Shown: positions 50,079-62,996, counted from the first letter of the whole stretch. The stretch is DNA of 62,996 bases, filler included, from Choristocarpus tenellus KU-1152 (GCA_964200185.2; 11 parts of 11 records of this genome joined end to end with filler, not necessarily neighbours in it), one strand, 5' to 3'. The notes: generated by a model not told the origin, from the letters alone. Numbers and translations: made by a program.

Positions 50079-53000
50079 GATTGGTGGTTTATCGATTCAG
50101 TCGACCAATGTTAGTCATCCTCCGCAAGCTCTGTGTTGGGGCACCAAAGATGTCAGATGAGGAGAGGACCAGGGAGTTGTATGGCAAACAGAAGGCGAGA
50201 TCCCTAACCCTAACCCTGACCTTAGCCCTAGTATTAGGTGTGGAACACACTGCACTTTTGTTTGATGCTTTCTGTGGTCTGCTAGGCGTGGGGAAGGCGT
50301 TTGTTACCCTTGTGTGTACAGTTTTCCTTTACTCATCTATGTGTTGAGGATAATTTTCTGGATCTTTGATGTTGTGGACAACAGCGTTTCATTTTTCAGT
50401 TTTTTTTTAATGTTGGTGCAACACTGCTTTTTTTTTTACTTGAAAAAATATACTATTGTTTTTGTGTGGATCAGATTTTTCTTAGAAGTGGATGTGTGAT
50501 GTCTTGGGTTACTTTTTGAAAAATCCTGATAACAATTTGAAAAGTTGTCCTATTACACTCAAGAGTGTAGGTTTCTAGATGCATACTGTTGATTTGTGAA
50601 GGGAGTTTCGGTTTTGGGTTAGGGTTAGGGTTAGGGTTAGGATTAGGATTAGAATGCCTGTTCTATGAAGGGGAATAGTAAAATATTGCCCTGCCTTTGA
50701 TTTCTGTCATGAATTCATGCTTGGTGGTGTTTTGTAAGGTCTATTTGACGGTTCCTGACAGAGGCAAGTGACAAGTCTTACATCTGTCAAGTGTTAACAT
50801 CATTGCTGTCAAGAAGTCTATTCCTTTATTTGAATGCAGAAGAGGCTTCGAAGGTCTTTAGTCCGGTTTCTCCGAGTCTGCCTTAGTGCCTAGATTCTAG
50901 TCAGGCACTGGTTGCCTTTTCCAGCAGATTCTATGTCCACCTTTCCCTGAAGTGACATAGGGTGTCTAGACTACTATTCTTGTCATTATGTCTGATGCAC
51001 GTGTTGGGTTGTGCCATATTCCACTAACCCTAACCCTAACCCTAAGATACAAACTAATTCCATCACCCCATCTTTTGTGCCTCTTGTGTGAAGATAATCA
51101 CACGTGCCAACTGCCGCAACCCCTGTTGAACTTTACCTCTGTTAGTGAACCCTAACCCTAACCCTGGTGGTGTGTTAGCAGGTGGATCAAGTGGCACGTG
51201 GGGCCACACGCGTGATATCAAAGTATGTGGGGATCAATCAAGCAGAGTATTTGGAGCCGCTGATTCAAACCAGGCTGTGGGAGGCGCAGAAGGCAAGTGC
51301 CAAACTGTGTTAAGGTGGAGCAGGTTGTCCAGCTTCTCATTCTTTGCCTTTGTCCTTGTTGTGGAGACTTGACTTAATTTGACTTGACTCTTGACTTGAC
51401 TTGACTTGACTTGACTTGACTTGACTTGACTTGACTTGAATTGTGCTTGACTTTAGATGTATGGTTGGATATGTCCCCATCTGATCTCGAACCACACTTG
51501 TGATTATTTAACTTAAACCTACCTCACTCCCTGGCCTTGTATACATTGCCTCTTTGGCAGTGGAGGGTTAGCCCGCCTGGTTGTTATGTTTGATTCAGGT
51601 ACACTGCGCAAGGATTGAAGCAATATTGTGGAAGTAGTGGAGATTTTTCATTTACAATTTGATTTGTGATCCCATTGACCAGTAGAAATGTAATATCCAC
51701 TTTGATTTGCGGACTACCCATTTTCTAGTTTTATTATTGTGTTGTGAACAGCAACATGTGTGTATACTAGTGGAATGTAGCCTGTACAGGGATAGGGTTA
51801 GGGTTTGGCCTAGACGTAACCCTTCTACATCAGTAGGGTGCAAATACCCTTCCTTCCATACTCCTTAGTTCTTAGCATAGATGACAGGTGATGAAAGTTA
51901 TTTTTCCTATGAGTAGGTCTTGGTGGGATAGAGCAACAAGCATTGTTTGTTAGCGCTAAACAAGGTATTTTTTCACCGGAATCAAAGGCACCATGTAGCT
52001 GTTACCTTTCCAGATATCCCAAAAATTGTTAGACAAGGTCAGTCCTGCTGCATTGATGCTTGCCTTGCCTCGCTGTATTGAATAACACTTGCAGTGTACA
52101 GCAGTAGCATGTATACTACGCATTTTCTCTATCCTGAGCCCCCTTCCTTAACTAACAACTGACAATGTGCTTTATCCTTCTGTTGTCTCATGTTGACCTC
52201 CTCAGGTCCGTCTCCTGAAGAGTCCAGAACAGATCCGAGGCCATTATCTGTACAGACTGGGTATCCCTCCTTCACCAGGAATGTCAGCCACACCACAATC
52301 AAGGTACTCCCCCCGTAACCCTAACCCTAGTATTGAGGTCCTAATTGCCTGCTACAATTTGTACACAACACCAGATATATACTTTGAAGTAGTCGTCTTT
52401 GGGAGGAGGACTATAGGGCTAGGACTAGGGCTGGTTTTGGTCAGCAGTACATCACGACTTTGTACAAGGAACAACTGTTGCCAATATTTAGGGTATACTT
52501 TAGGCTGTCAATGGTCAAGTTCGTATTATGATACCATCTTCCTCAACCTCCTTCAATTTGGTTGATGAACCCGAATTAGATGGCATCCACCAAGAAGTCC
52601 TCTGATTTAGCTGGTGTAGTTTGGCATTCGTATATTGGACTACATTGTACTTTGTATGGGTATGATTCGTTTAGTGACCTTGGATACTCAGCATTTTCGG
52701 CATACTGGCTCTTTTTTGGTGCTTGTCTCATGTCTGTTGTGTTGCCATGTATGAGTTTCAATCAAGTGGCCCTGTCACAGTGGGTAGTGGATTTGTTTGG
52801 TTCCTCTAGTATTGAGCTGTTGGACCCGAGACGCTTGACATGTACCGAATTATTGATCAGTTCACACGTTGCCCCCGCCCCTTCCCCCTCCCCTCAAATA
52901 CTGACTCAACACAATCACTGTAGAATTGAACCCCTATCTCAAGCAAATACTCCCAATTCCTGTTTCCACATGCAAAGCATATGCTTACTGGTGACCCTGC

Positions 53001-53359
53001 CAGTAGAAAAAGATGTAACTTTTAGAAATTAGTCAGGAAAGAGCTCATCCAAAGGTGTCCTATGTTTCCCTTCTGTGAAGCAGGCGAAAACAAATGCAAG
53101 GGGGAGGCTCGCCACATATGAGTCGACTTGGCCGTCTTCCTCCATTGTTGCCATCAGGGAACAAGAAGAAAGGTTTAGGTTACGATTACCGCACCCTCAA
53201 CAGCCCAAGCACCTCGATAGGAACTCCATCCAACCCTGACACACATGTCGAACCAAGAAGAGTCTCAAATGCTTTCACTGGTAGGAGGGGTGGAGGGATG
53301 GCATATGGGGGGGGGGATGAGATGGACTTGGAGGGGGCAGGTACCCGTCCCTCATATGG
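50079..53359 (+). CDS. Internal fragment of a spliced gene, unknown protein
   Basis: Exons 50079-50194, 51182-51292, 52206-52303 and 53084 to the contig end join as LVVYRFSRPMLVILRKL..YGKQK|VDQVARGATRVISKYVGINQAEYLEPLIQTRLWEAQK|VRLLKSPEQIRGHYLYRLG..SR|RKQMQGGG. The first two donors are GC. Confidence 0.65.
51366..51439 (+). repeat. (GACTT)n microsatellite in an intron
   Basis: Directly visible. Confidence 0.95.
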
Positions 53360-53459
53360 NNNNNNNNNNNNNNNNNNNNNNNNNNNNNNNNNNNNNNNNN
53401 NNNTTAATTAATTAANNNNNNNNNNNNNNNNNNNNNNNNNNNNNNNNNNNNNNNNNNNN

Positions 53460-54047
53460 CCCCCGCCCTGATCCCCTTGCCCCTCTCCCTCGGCCTTGAG
53501 ACTTGCCCCTCCCTGTACCTGGGGATTTCACTCCACCCCTTCCAGATACTTTAGATCCCCTACCAGGCGATTTGGTACCCCCCCTTCCTGGGGACTTTGA
53601 GCCCCTCCCCCGAGACTTACCACCTCCACGACCACGTGATGAAGCCTTTCCCACACCATGACCAGGCGATGGTGCTTCCACATCCTCCGGCAACGCAGCA
53701 TCATCACCCTTGCTACATTGGGGCACTATCTGGTCCGTACAGGGAGCCTTCTGCTCCCTTGCCCCATCACCGCTCTCGTCGCCAGTGTTGGTCGGCATGG
53801 GACTCTCTCCCTCACCTGCTGTGATGGGAGAAGAACTGTTGGACGCACGACGGCCGCCACGTCCCCGGCCCTGTCCCTTAGCTCCGCCCCTTTCTCCACA
53901 TCCCAGACTCTTGAGTTGGTCCTTCCCCCGAACCTCGGATACAGTCGCCGCGTCTGTGGCCTCAGGTGCAGACGGAGTAGACGTCTCTACCGAAGGTGGT
54001 GTAGGCACTTCAAGTGGATTGGCGACATCGTTTGAGGCTGCCTTCAT
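53460..54047 (-). CDS. 3'-partial ORF: disordered N-terminus with GRG / KSPGRG repeats (putative nucleic-acid-binding protein)
   Basis: ATG at 54047, open to the contig edge. Contains GRGGGKSRGRGSKSPGRGGTKSPGRGSKVSGRGGVKSPGTGRG. Confidence 0.6.
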
Positions 54048-55098
54048 CCTGTTTCGGCGCGAGTGTGCAATTTATTGCGAATTGATTTAGATGGAGCGGC
54101 TGTATCTTAGAGTACTAATGTGATTTCAACGGGTGTACTGGGATGCAGTTGCCCGATGATACGATTGCAACACACATCAGACCTTGATGTACCTGGTCGT
54201 CGGTGCTGCCATATATCGGACAGTTGACGGCGATTCTGTGCCAAAACAGTCACAGCAGTCAAAAACAACAACAATCAATTTAAGTCCTGGAATTCATGAC
54301 GCATTGGAGACTGAGTTTGGCGAGCAAGGATGCGTGGACAGACCAAGGCAGAGTTTAAAATTGATGGATGCCAGGTCCGTGGTCAAGACCCTTCATTCCA
54401 CCTTCTGTGCTAAAAGAAGCAATTATAGTCTCCTTCTCAAATCAATACATTCACTTCCCCTTCCCTTGACGGTTAAGAAGTCAGTCCCACCATTCCTTTA
54501 GTGGACAGTTGGTATTTGCTGTCTTTTCCACTCTCTCGCCTTTCTCTCCTGTTGATGGTGTGCCAATTAACTCGAAAATACAAGGGATATGCAAAGCTCT
54601 AGCCCAATGACCAGCAAACCAACAGAATGGTCCAAATGCACCAATCCCAACCTAAAAAATGTGCCAGAAGTGAGGTTCGATTGACTGCTGTCCCAGCCCC
54701 AAACACCTTGTCTCCCGAGATCCTCCCTGAAACCAAGGTTTCCCTGTGTAGCGATACTACGACAGCAGAGTCGTATTTCCAGCAGTGCAAGAAATTCTCA
54801 AACACAGCTCGTTCTGTAAGCTTGGCTCAAGCCCTCCTAACGTTGTTGCAGGCAGTACCATCAACGCACAAGTTGGGGGTGAGTGGAAACTCTCCCTCAC
54901 TACACAATCCCCGCGATCATATCATAAGGAACTCCCTCATAAAAAAACAATATATACCGAGAATTTCAAGACTTTTGAAACCATGTGAAGGTCGATTGAT
55001 GCGAAACCTAAATGTACTCGTTTCCTTGCTCTGAGGAAGCTAGGAGACGGGGCAGCCCAAGGCCGTTTACCCTTGCATTTCTCTGGGGACTAGGCATT

Positions 55099-57620
55099 AT
55101 GAGCGGAACCGACGATGCGCTCTTCAGGGCAATAGAGAACATGCAAAAGGGCAGCAAGAAACCCTGGTACGAATTGAAGGTTGAGGATGAATTGGGACTT
55201 TCTTCTAAGTGCCTTCGTTTATGACATGTGGGGTATTACCGCTAGTGGGTCGCACCTAGGAAAATTCTCGAGATGTGCAAAGGATCTTATTGTAAGGGTT
55301 CATCACCGATGTTCAAATGTGTGTGTACCCGTAGGGTCTACAAGTCCATGGCATTTGAAAGGTCTATATAGAAGCTGAGGGGCATTTCTCTTGGTTGCTA
55401 CTTTGCGTAGCCTCATCCTCCCTGGTGTTATTGACTCTACCACTATATCACTGTTGTGATGAAATCCCTCACCGGTTCCACAGGGGAAGATTCCTAGACG
55501 CTGGTACAGGAACCCACTCCCTCAAATGGATCCATACACTGGACACCGAGAGCTTCACAGCTGTCACCGCTGACGCGCGATTCGCTGAGACCACGCGTAA
55601 GGAGGCAAGAGTCTCTCACCGACCCCCCCCCTCCCTCCAAGTAACTCTATTCCAAATTTTGTGTTAGTTCGTGGATCCGCCAGGTGTATGCCTCCTTTCT
55701 TTGATCACCTCCCCTACACCGCCTTCCCCTGCGTTTCAGCTTGCTTTGACACGTTAGGCTGATATGACACTAGAATACTGATTGACCAACCGTAATCATT
55801 CCTTGATCCTTCATTTCTTCATCGCTCACCTCGTACTTTGTTGTGTTTTCTACATTGTGTACTCCCTAACAAATTGGTGTTCCTTGCCTGTTCTATTGGC
55901 TAATTTCCATCTTTCAAGTCTTGCCCTGCCATTGCTTGCTCAATTCCTTCCTAACTCGCTTATACTATAGCACCCCAATAACCAATGCGCAGCAGAAGAG
56001 ATCGCAGGAAATGGCATTTGCACAATGCAGACACAAAATCGTTTCCATCCTTCATCGGTTCTTCTTGAATCAGTATCAGTGTAGTATGGAATTCCTTACT
56101 CTTTTCACACAAAAGGATGCATTTCGCTTATCTGGTCCACTGTGCAGATTGGCTTTGACGTAAAGAGCCCAGACGAGATCGTGATGGGTAATTGGAGGGA
56201 TGATGGGTTCCTGAAGGGGCGCACATTCAACACTATTCTCGCGGACTATCTGATCGGTGCAATGGATGGCTTTGCGCCATATTATCAGGTCTGCAGAGTG
56301 CTTTTTCTTCAGCTTTTGTGTTTCAAAACATTCTTGACGTTCCTTCATTATTCTGCCACGTCTCTTCACCTCAAATTCTTACCAGAGTCCGTCAGCCATT
56401 GCATCTCATTCCTATATTAATTCTGTTGTCATTTGGTGGCATGCTTTTACGTATGATTCTGCCTCGACTACAATTCTTCTGTCATCCAAGTAGGTCATCC
56501 ATCCCAGAGATAGTATTAAAAAACAGCAAAAAAAGTGCTGAAAGACTGCGCTTGTTGCACCTTTGACATGGCAAAGTTAATGCTCTCAGCGTGCAACTGT
56601 TTGAGGTTCTAAAGTTGGTTCTGGTCGACTTGGTACAAGAGTGCAAGACCTCTCTTCAATGTTGTCGCAATGCTGGGGGTCTTATCGATGCACCATTGTC
56701 TGGGATGAAGAGATGTGCAGTATCAATGGGTTACAAGTAACAACAATCCTCATACCTCAGCGTCCTGGTTTTTGGTACTGCTAATGAGGCCAGGGTTGTG
56801 GGATTAATTACCTGGACTGTTGTGTTCTGATCACTAAGGTGATACCATCGGTTGGCAACGTATCACATCTACCTATACGCCTGCCCAGGCGATCGAGGAA
56901 CCCCCGTGGTGGAGGTTTTTAATAGAGGTTATAACGAGGCTCCATGCTTGGCCCAATGGTGCCTTCAGTCACCCTGACCCAAACAAAGACACTGTTAATA
57001 ATATCCCCCAGCTCAAACCTCAAACCATGCCTAGTGGAGGGCTACAAATACGGGACATGCTTGGGACATCCATCTGCGCCGATCTTCTTTGTCCAAGGAC
57101 AAAGCGTGACAGTGACTGGTAGGTTGAATGTTAAGGTGAACAGACAAATTTCAGCGGTGAGGGGTACACGTGTAAGAGTGGTCTTTAAGAGTGGTCTTGG
57201 TCTTAGGGGCAGCTCTCTTACCCTCCCTAACAGCCTGTAAGAGGCTGGAGGAAGACGAAACCGATCTTTCGCACCGTCCGTTTTTTACCCCCTCGTGCCC
57301 CACGTTGACAATAGTAGACGGGATGCGTTCAACCAACTTCTTTTTTTTCAACCCGGAACCATTTTGTCCCTCACGACCATGACGTGCGCCATGCACTAGT
57401 ATTAACTGTTATTATTATTATTATATTTGTAGAAAATAGACAAGGTCTGATTTCCCTTTCCAATCCTAGCCCTAGCTTAGCGTCAATGCCCTATAACCCT
57501 AAATCCATTACACCCATTTTCAGGACCAGGTCTTTGATCGTCTGAAGCGACATCTCAAGCCTGAGGGAAGGCTATATTTGGTAGGCATGCAGCCCCTGCC
57601 TGATCACCCTGGTATGCAAC

Positions 57621-57677
<57 letters not shown>

Positions 57678-57819
57678 TTGCGTGGCTTTTTTTGGGGGGG
57701 GGTACGGGTAGTGGATAGAAGGGAAGGGTAGTGCATAATAGCGTGGAGATGCAGTATTGGTTTTGTAGGTAGAGGTAATACGAAGAACTTTGGTTTCCAG
57801 TCTTTGGTTTCAGTTCCCA

Positions 57820-57881
<62 letters not shown>

Positions 57882-59018
57882 TTAAGTGGGCGTTTTTGGC
57901 TCTTTCAGTGCGGCGATAGCATGAGTAGTAGAGTCTTTTTTTTAGGTACATGTGGAAATTCGTATCGTATCCTGCACCCAGCAGTGGCCATTTGCGATTT
58001 ACTCAGGGTCCCTTGTTGGAAGTACCTTGAATTGAAGGTACCTTGAATTGCAGGTACCTTGAACAGTGCAAAAGGTTCTCGCACCTGGGAATTTCATCTG
58101 TGTTTGTTGGATCACACTTTCCAATTTGTTTGGTGCTTGAATGTATCGAATCAGAATTCAAACGCAACTTCGAAGTTGCCCACCCCCCCCCCACATCTCT
58201 CCCCTCCTTTGAAACCTGAACACTCAAGAGCACAGGAGTCGCACCATCAAACACCTACCTCCTTGCCAAGCACCACTACTGTTACTGCTTTGCTAGCTTA
58301 AATGCACCTAAGGTTTTCTTCCATCTCTTCCACCTGTAAGGATGATCTCATGACAAAGACTTCCACCCTCAAAGGAGTAACGGAAATGGCCTAACCTTAA
58401 ACCTAGACCAATCCCCCTAGTGCAGTGATAGCACTCAACCACTAGTTGTCAATATTATATATATATATACATATATCAGCCCTCCTCTCCCTCGCCCTGA
58501 TTCTCTCTACCCTTCCTACTTACAAACCAGCCTGCCCCGCCCTGTGAAACCCCAAAAATATTTTCTTTTTTTTTGGATTAGGGTTAGGGTTAGGAAGTGC
58601 TTGCCTGTTAACTCACTGCGGTCTTTCTTGTCTCACCTTTTTTGTCAGTGATTTCAATAGTATTGCACACAAATGACCACCCCCTGCCCCTGCCCCCCTC
58701 CAGTAGCAATGACACACCCTACTCTCTAAACTCGCAGGTCCCTTCATCTGCCCACTCACACGCCTTCCTGCTCTCGAGCACACCTGACCCCCAACACCGA
58801 AACAGTCCTTCACTCACTTCTCTACTGCAGGCGGGGCAGCGGAGCTCGTCTGTGAGGCTGCTCGGCTAAGAGATGCATGTATTCTCCTGGCTGGGCACAG
58901 GATGTACAGGGAGTACCCGTTGGATTGGATTGTTAGGCAACTGGAGCGGTCTGGATTTGCGGTGACTTCTGCACAAAAGATGCCTATTATTTACACCCCC
59001 CGGACGGTCAAACGACAG
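55099..59018 (+). CDS. Class I SAM-dependent methyltransferase-fold protein, 3'-partial
   Basis: Exons 55099-55166, 55484-55604, 56148-56288, 57524-57611 and 58831-59018 are phase-consistent. Motif I FLDAGTG, FNTILADYLIGAMDGFAPYYQ, LKPEGRLYLVG, RDACILLAGHRMYREYPLDW. Confidence 0.88.
57623..57876 (+). repeat. (CT)n and (GT)n microsatellites in the methyltransferase intron
   Basis: (CT)n at ~57623-57675 and (GT)n at ~57822-57876. Confidence 0.97.
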
Positions 59019-59709
59019 GTCTGTTGTTGGGGGGGGAGGGGGGGGGGGGGGGGGGGGGGGTGTGGGGTGGGGGGGGGGGGGGGGGGGGGGGGGGGAGAGA
59101 GGGGGGGGGGCGTGGGGGGGGGGGGGGGGGGGGGGNNNNNNNNNNNNNNNNNNNNNNNNNNNNNNNNNNNNNNNNNNNNTTAATTAATTAANNNNNNNNN
59201 NNNNNNNNNNNNNNNNNNNNNNNNNNNNNNNNNNNTTTTTTTTTCCCTTAACAAAAACAATACCCCCCCCTTTTTTTTTCACAACAAAATGTTCTCCCCC
59301 TCCCTTCCCCCCCCCCCCCCCCCCCCCTAGCACTTGATACACGCTGGACTCTTTTCATTTCTTGTGGAAGAGAGAATACTTTCTACCCCCCCCACACACA
59401 CACCCTTTTGCTGCCCAGAAATCAAATCAAATCAAAAGGTACCACTCGAGTCAGTTCAAAATCGAGAAACAGAAAAAAAAAGAGTGGGAACATTTCTGTT
59501 TGTGTGTACTGGGCAAGTGGGGGGGGGGGGGGGGGGTAAAAAGGTGGCGACAAAACCGGGTGACATAATGTACTAGAAACGGCCCACCTCATCAGATAAA
59601 TTTTAAAAAAAGGAAATTAAATTGTACACTGTACAACAAAAAATCACTAAGTGAACGGGTATTTCAAGGCCAGGGATGGGAACAGGAGAGAGGGGGGGTT
59701 TGCACACAC

Positions 59710-61032
59710 CTCTGAGGTGCGTGGCAGGTGGCCTCGATGGCATACACGCCATCGAATGATGCATCCTCAAATGGAAGCTTCATGAAGTCACCCTTTTAAA
59801 TCAGTGTCAGGGTGTGTGTGGGAAGGGTCTGTTAGAGTGTGGTGTAGTTATAAGAAGGGGATTTGTATTGATAGTCTCAACACAATACCCTTACAAAAAG
59901 AGGGCAACAGTTGCCCTTCAAATTTCTCTGCCACCAACCAGCTTCCAGATGCATGTGAGAGGAGAGGTGGTCTCACAAATCATCTCAGAGATAGCAGAGT
60001 ACCTCCTCCATCTCCTTCCCACCTCCTAAGCTGAACAGCATCAGGGCCCACAATCTGACTAGAAACTGGAAACAGCACTCATGGGAACTCTCTGCTAACA
60101 TGGCAAACAGCCCCTAGTACGCAATCCCTCTCAGAGGGAGGGCAAGGGATTTTGAGCTTTGTATGACACTGAAATTGGGAAAATGAAAAGCATTAAGTGT
60201 TGCGGCAATCTCTACTAATAATAGTCTCAAGATGTAGGATACTACAGTATTAAAAATTTGACCTGTACCTATAAAATCACAAAAAGGAGATGACATATAA
60301 TTCCACACACACCCCAAGCGGGCTGCACAGAGGGACAAGCTCACCTGAATCGACCGGCATTGATCCTGCAAGCCTGCCTGCTGGGTGAGCTCATTGCCAC
60401 GCTTCACCTGTCCTCACGCAGTGAATGCCGGGCACAAAGGGATTGAGTGAGAGATGTGAGAAAATTGGATGTGAGAAAATCGGGAATCAATGAACGCCTC
60501 CATGTCAATACAACTGCACTATGAATCAAATCTGATGCATGTATGAAGGTGTGTGTGTGCATGTTGGATTGGACAACATGAGGTAGGCAGGACCACTATA
60601 GCACACAAGCTCAATGATAAATGCAAATTGTTAATGGGGTGGTTAGAGTTCAAGGGCACCTACCTTCCAGCAATGCAGCCCAAGAGGCGATTGACTGTGC
60701 ATGATATGCGTGGCTGGCTCAAACCCCTCCCCCCCACCCCCCCACCCCCCCACATGTGCTAAACAATGTTTCCATCCATTGATAGCGTCAAGGAGAGGTC
60801 ATCTGCTAACCATCAACATTTTTATCACCATCATGATCTCGGATTGGAAACACTTAAATATCCTCTTATTTGATTCTTTCTCAAAGTCTTACCATAGTAA
60901 CATTTTAAAAACCTCCTCCAACTAGTGAACACATAGCTCCACTACATTCTTTGTTGTTGAAAGAGCAGGTTCATCGCATCGTCAGCGCACGAGTCCTCTG
61001 GCTCTGGTTCCCTCCCAACATCCCAACATTCT

Positions 61033-61065
<33 letters not shown>

Positions 61066-61469
61066 CACTGATGACAGTACTGAAAGCATACACACGAGGC
61101 TACGATTGTAAGCAGAGCACTGGAGCACTTCAACACAAGACATCCCACTGATCATAAAAAATAAGATAAAAAAGGCAGCAAACGAGACGAATAAGACCCA
61201 ATTTCACTGCACTAAGAATAACAGCTCCTCCATGCACCGTGGGCTAACACGACCTTTCATGTCATTTCATGTCATTTCATGTCGCATAGCGTTGCACCCC
61301 GGATGTAATAATACTGACACACCGAACGAAAAATTTTGTTTTCCAAAAATACGTTTTATTTTATCCCCCAAAGAGCCGGTGCACATAGACTAGGAGTGTA
61401 TCCTGTGGAAACAACGGACTGCTTGTGAGTGCCTACAAACCACACTTGCCTTTGAATCTGTCTGTTAAG

Positions 61470-61515
<46 letters not shown>

Positions 61516-62850
61516 TCCTTGAACAATGCAAATACATATTAATTGTCATGGGAGACCTTTCGCATGGATTTCGCATGCAACAAGGAGTTGCGAGCTTTGT
61601 GCGGCGTTTTTGAGATACACAGGTCAACTCCAATACAGGTCAACTCCAATACAGGTCAACTCCAATACAGGTCAACTCCAATACAGGTCAACTCCAATAC
61701 AGGTCAACTCCAATTAGGCTCCGAAAGCAAACTGGAAAGCTAGTGCAGAAGAGTGTCTCGCTGCCGGAGTGTTCATCATTTATCGCAGCACTCACGTGGA
61801 GACACGCTTGCCCAAAAGAGATAATAAAATAAAAATAACGATCGTAGGATCGGGGGACTGTTCAAGGCAACACAAAAGGAGCCCCAGGCGACAGGGACTG
61901 GACCAACCAGAACAAACCACCTCCATTCGGAATGCAAAAAACCTTCCAAAGCAAAACTTGGAGGTGCGATGCTATCGCTGTAAAACTCATCTCCTCTTGC
62001 GCCCGGTCCGGAGAGTGCTGCGTCAAAACGCGACCATTTACTAAGCAAGGCTCGTGAATAAATAAATAAATAAATGAATAAATAAATAAATGAATGAATA
62101 AATAAATAAATAAATAATGAATAAATTAATAAAAGGAAACAGTTGTACATCGGAGCACTACCGCCGGCAAAAAATCATACTCTCGCCAAAATCGCCACCA
62201 CTCCACCACACCAAACCAAATTGAGGGAAAAAACGCCAAAAACGCCAAAAACGAGCCGAGTTCAACTCAACCAACCTAAAACGCCTATCCTACATCCTGC
62301 CACGAGACTTGCAAACAAGCCACGACTTTGAAAAAAAACAAAACACACGCACAAACACACACACACACATCGCACAACACCATTAGGACACACGCCCATC
62401 CTGGCACGTTAAAAACCGCTCTTTAGTCCTAAAACCTCGATCCTCGATTACACCAAAAGCAAAGGTGCCCGGGTCCATGCCACGGGACAACCACGGGAAT
62501 AGAAGTTGGACTACTCTGCTCTGGGTTACACCACAACCAGGAAAATAGCCAACACATATATTCACCTTCCTATCGCAGCACATCAAGCCAACGCCTGCCC
62601 ACAGCAAAAAGTGGTTACCGGACAAAAAAAAAAAGAGGTATTCCAGTGATTCCACAAGCCCTCTCATCAACCTCCCTCCAAGTAAAAAAAAAAAAGTGTT
62701 CACCTGGTACTCGTTGATGGTGATTCCGGTAACGTCTGCGTTTGTAAACCTCGCAATATTGCGGTAGGGTCCCCCAATTCCGCAGCCACAGTCAAGGACC
62801 TTCTCCCCCTTGCTCAAACCCAGCCGACCAGCTAAGTAGTACTCATGGCG
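59710..62850 (-). CDS. SMT1: Sterol C24-methyltransferase (SMT1/ERG6 family), internal fragment
   Basis: Exons 62850-62704 ([49 protein letters not shown]), 60407-60345 ([21 protein letters not shown]) and 59792-59710 ([26 protein letters not shown]), joined by GT-AG introns. LD.GCG.GGP and IEATCHAP are diagnostic SMT motifs. Confidence 0.95.
61619..61714 (+). repeat. 16-bp perfect minisatellite x6 in the SMT intron
   Basis: ACAGGTCAACTCCAAT at a period of 16. Confidence 0.97.
62056..62130 (+). repeat. (AATA/AATG)n microsatellite
   Basis: Directly visible. Confidence 0.95.
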
Positions 62851-62996
62851 CTGTTCACGGAATGATTGACGGCTACGTTGGGGAACATACTAGGAATGGA
62901 ACTAGGGTGGGCTAGGGAGGGAGGGGGGGGGGGGGGGGGGGGGAGGGGGGGTGGGGTTTTTTTTGTTTTTGAAAAAAAGATTTTGGGGAAAAATTT

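Noticed and set aside
57572-58046. ORFs with ERERER / HTHTHT / CVCVCV runs
   Set aside because: These are translations of intronic dinucleotide microsatellites.
55099-62850. Apparent cluster of two methyltransferases
   Set aside because: They are separated by a contig linker at 59136-59235, so the adjacency is artificial.

Overview
This is eukaryotic nuclear DNA, and it is not one locus. Eleven short contigs are joined by identical artificial 100-nt linkers (N44-TTAATTAATTAA-N44) at 3899, 15188, 24215, 27880, 32233, 36669, 42690, 48170, 53360 and 59136, so adjacency across a linker means nothing. The source is most likely a photosynthetic ochrophyte, probably a brown alga or close relative. 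This is inferred from a signal peptide plus AAG|FVVP bipartite plastid presequence, long introns and TTAGGG tracts. I could assemble five spliced, phase-consistent gene fragments by hand: a very large low-complexity protein (9 exons), a plastid-targeted protein, an unknown protein, a class I SAM methyltransferase and a sterol C24-methyltransferase. There is also a Gly/Arg-rich ORF, one tRNA-Met(CAT) gene, Ty3/Gypsy and RLE-LINE remnants, and many minisatellites. Four signals stand out. (1) Four of 21 splice donors I could place appear to be GC. (2) A family of related MITEs has GAG...CTC ends and 4-bp target-site duplications (TSDs), one confirmed by an empty site inside the window; a sister MITE appears to have 3-bp TSDs and sits at about half of the contig ends. 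(3) A decayed divergent cassette on one contig combines a putative Sola-like transposase, a ~190-bp tandem array and an intronless ParB/Srx-like ORF. (4) Telomeric repeats are pervasive in introns, including one splice donor built from them. All family assignments come from recalled motifs, not from searches.
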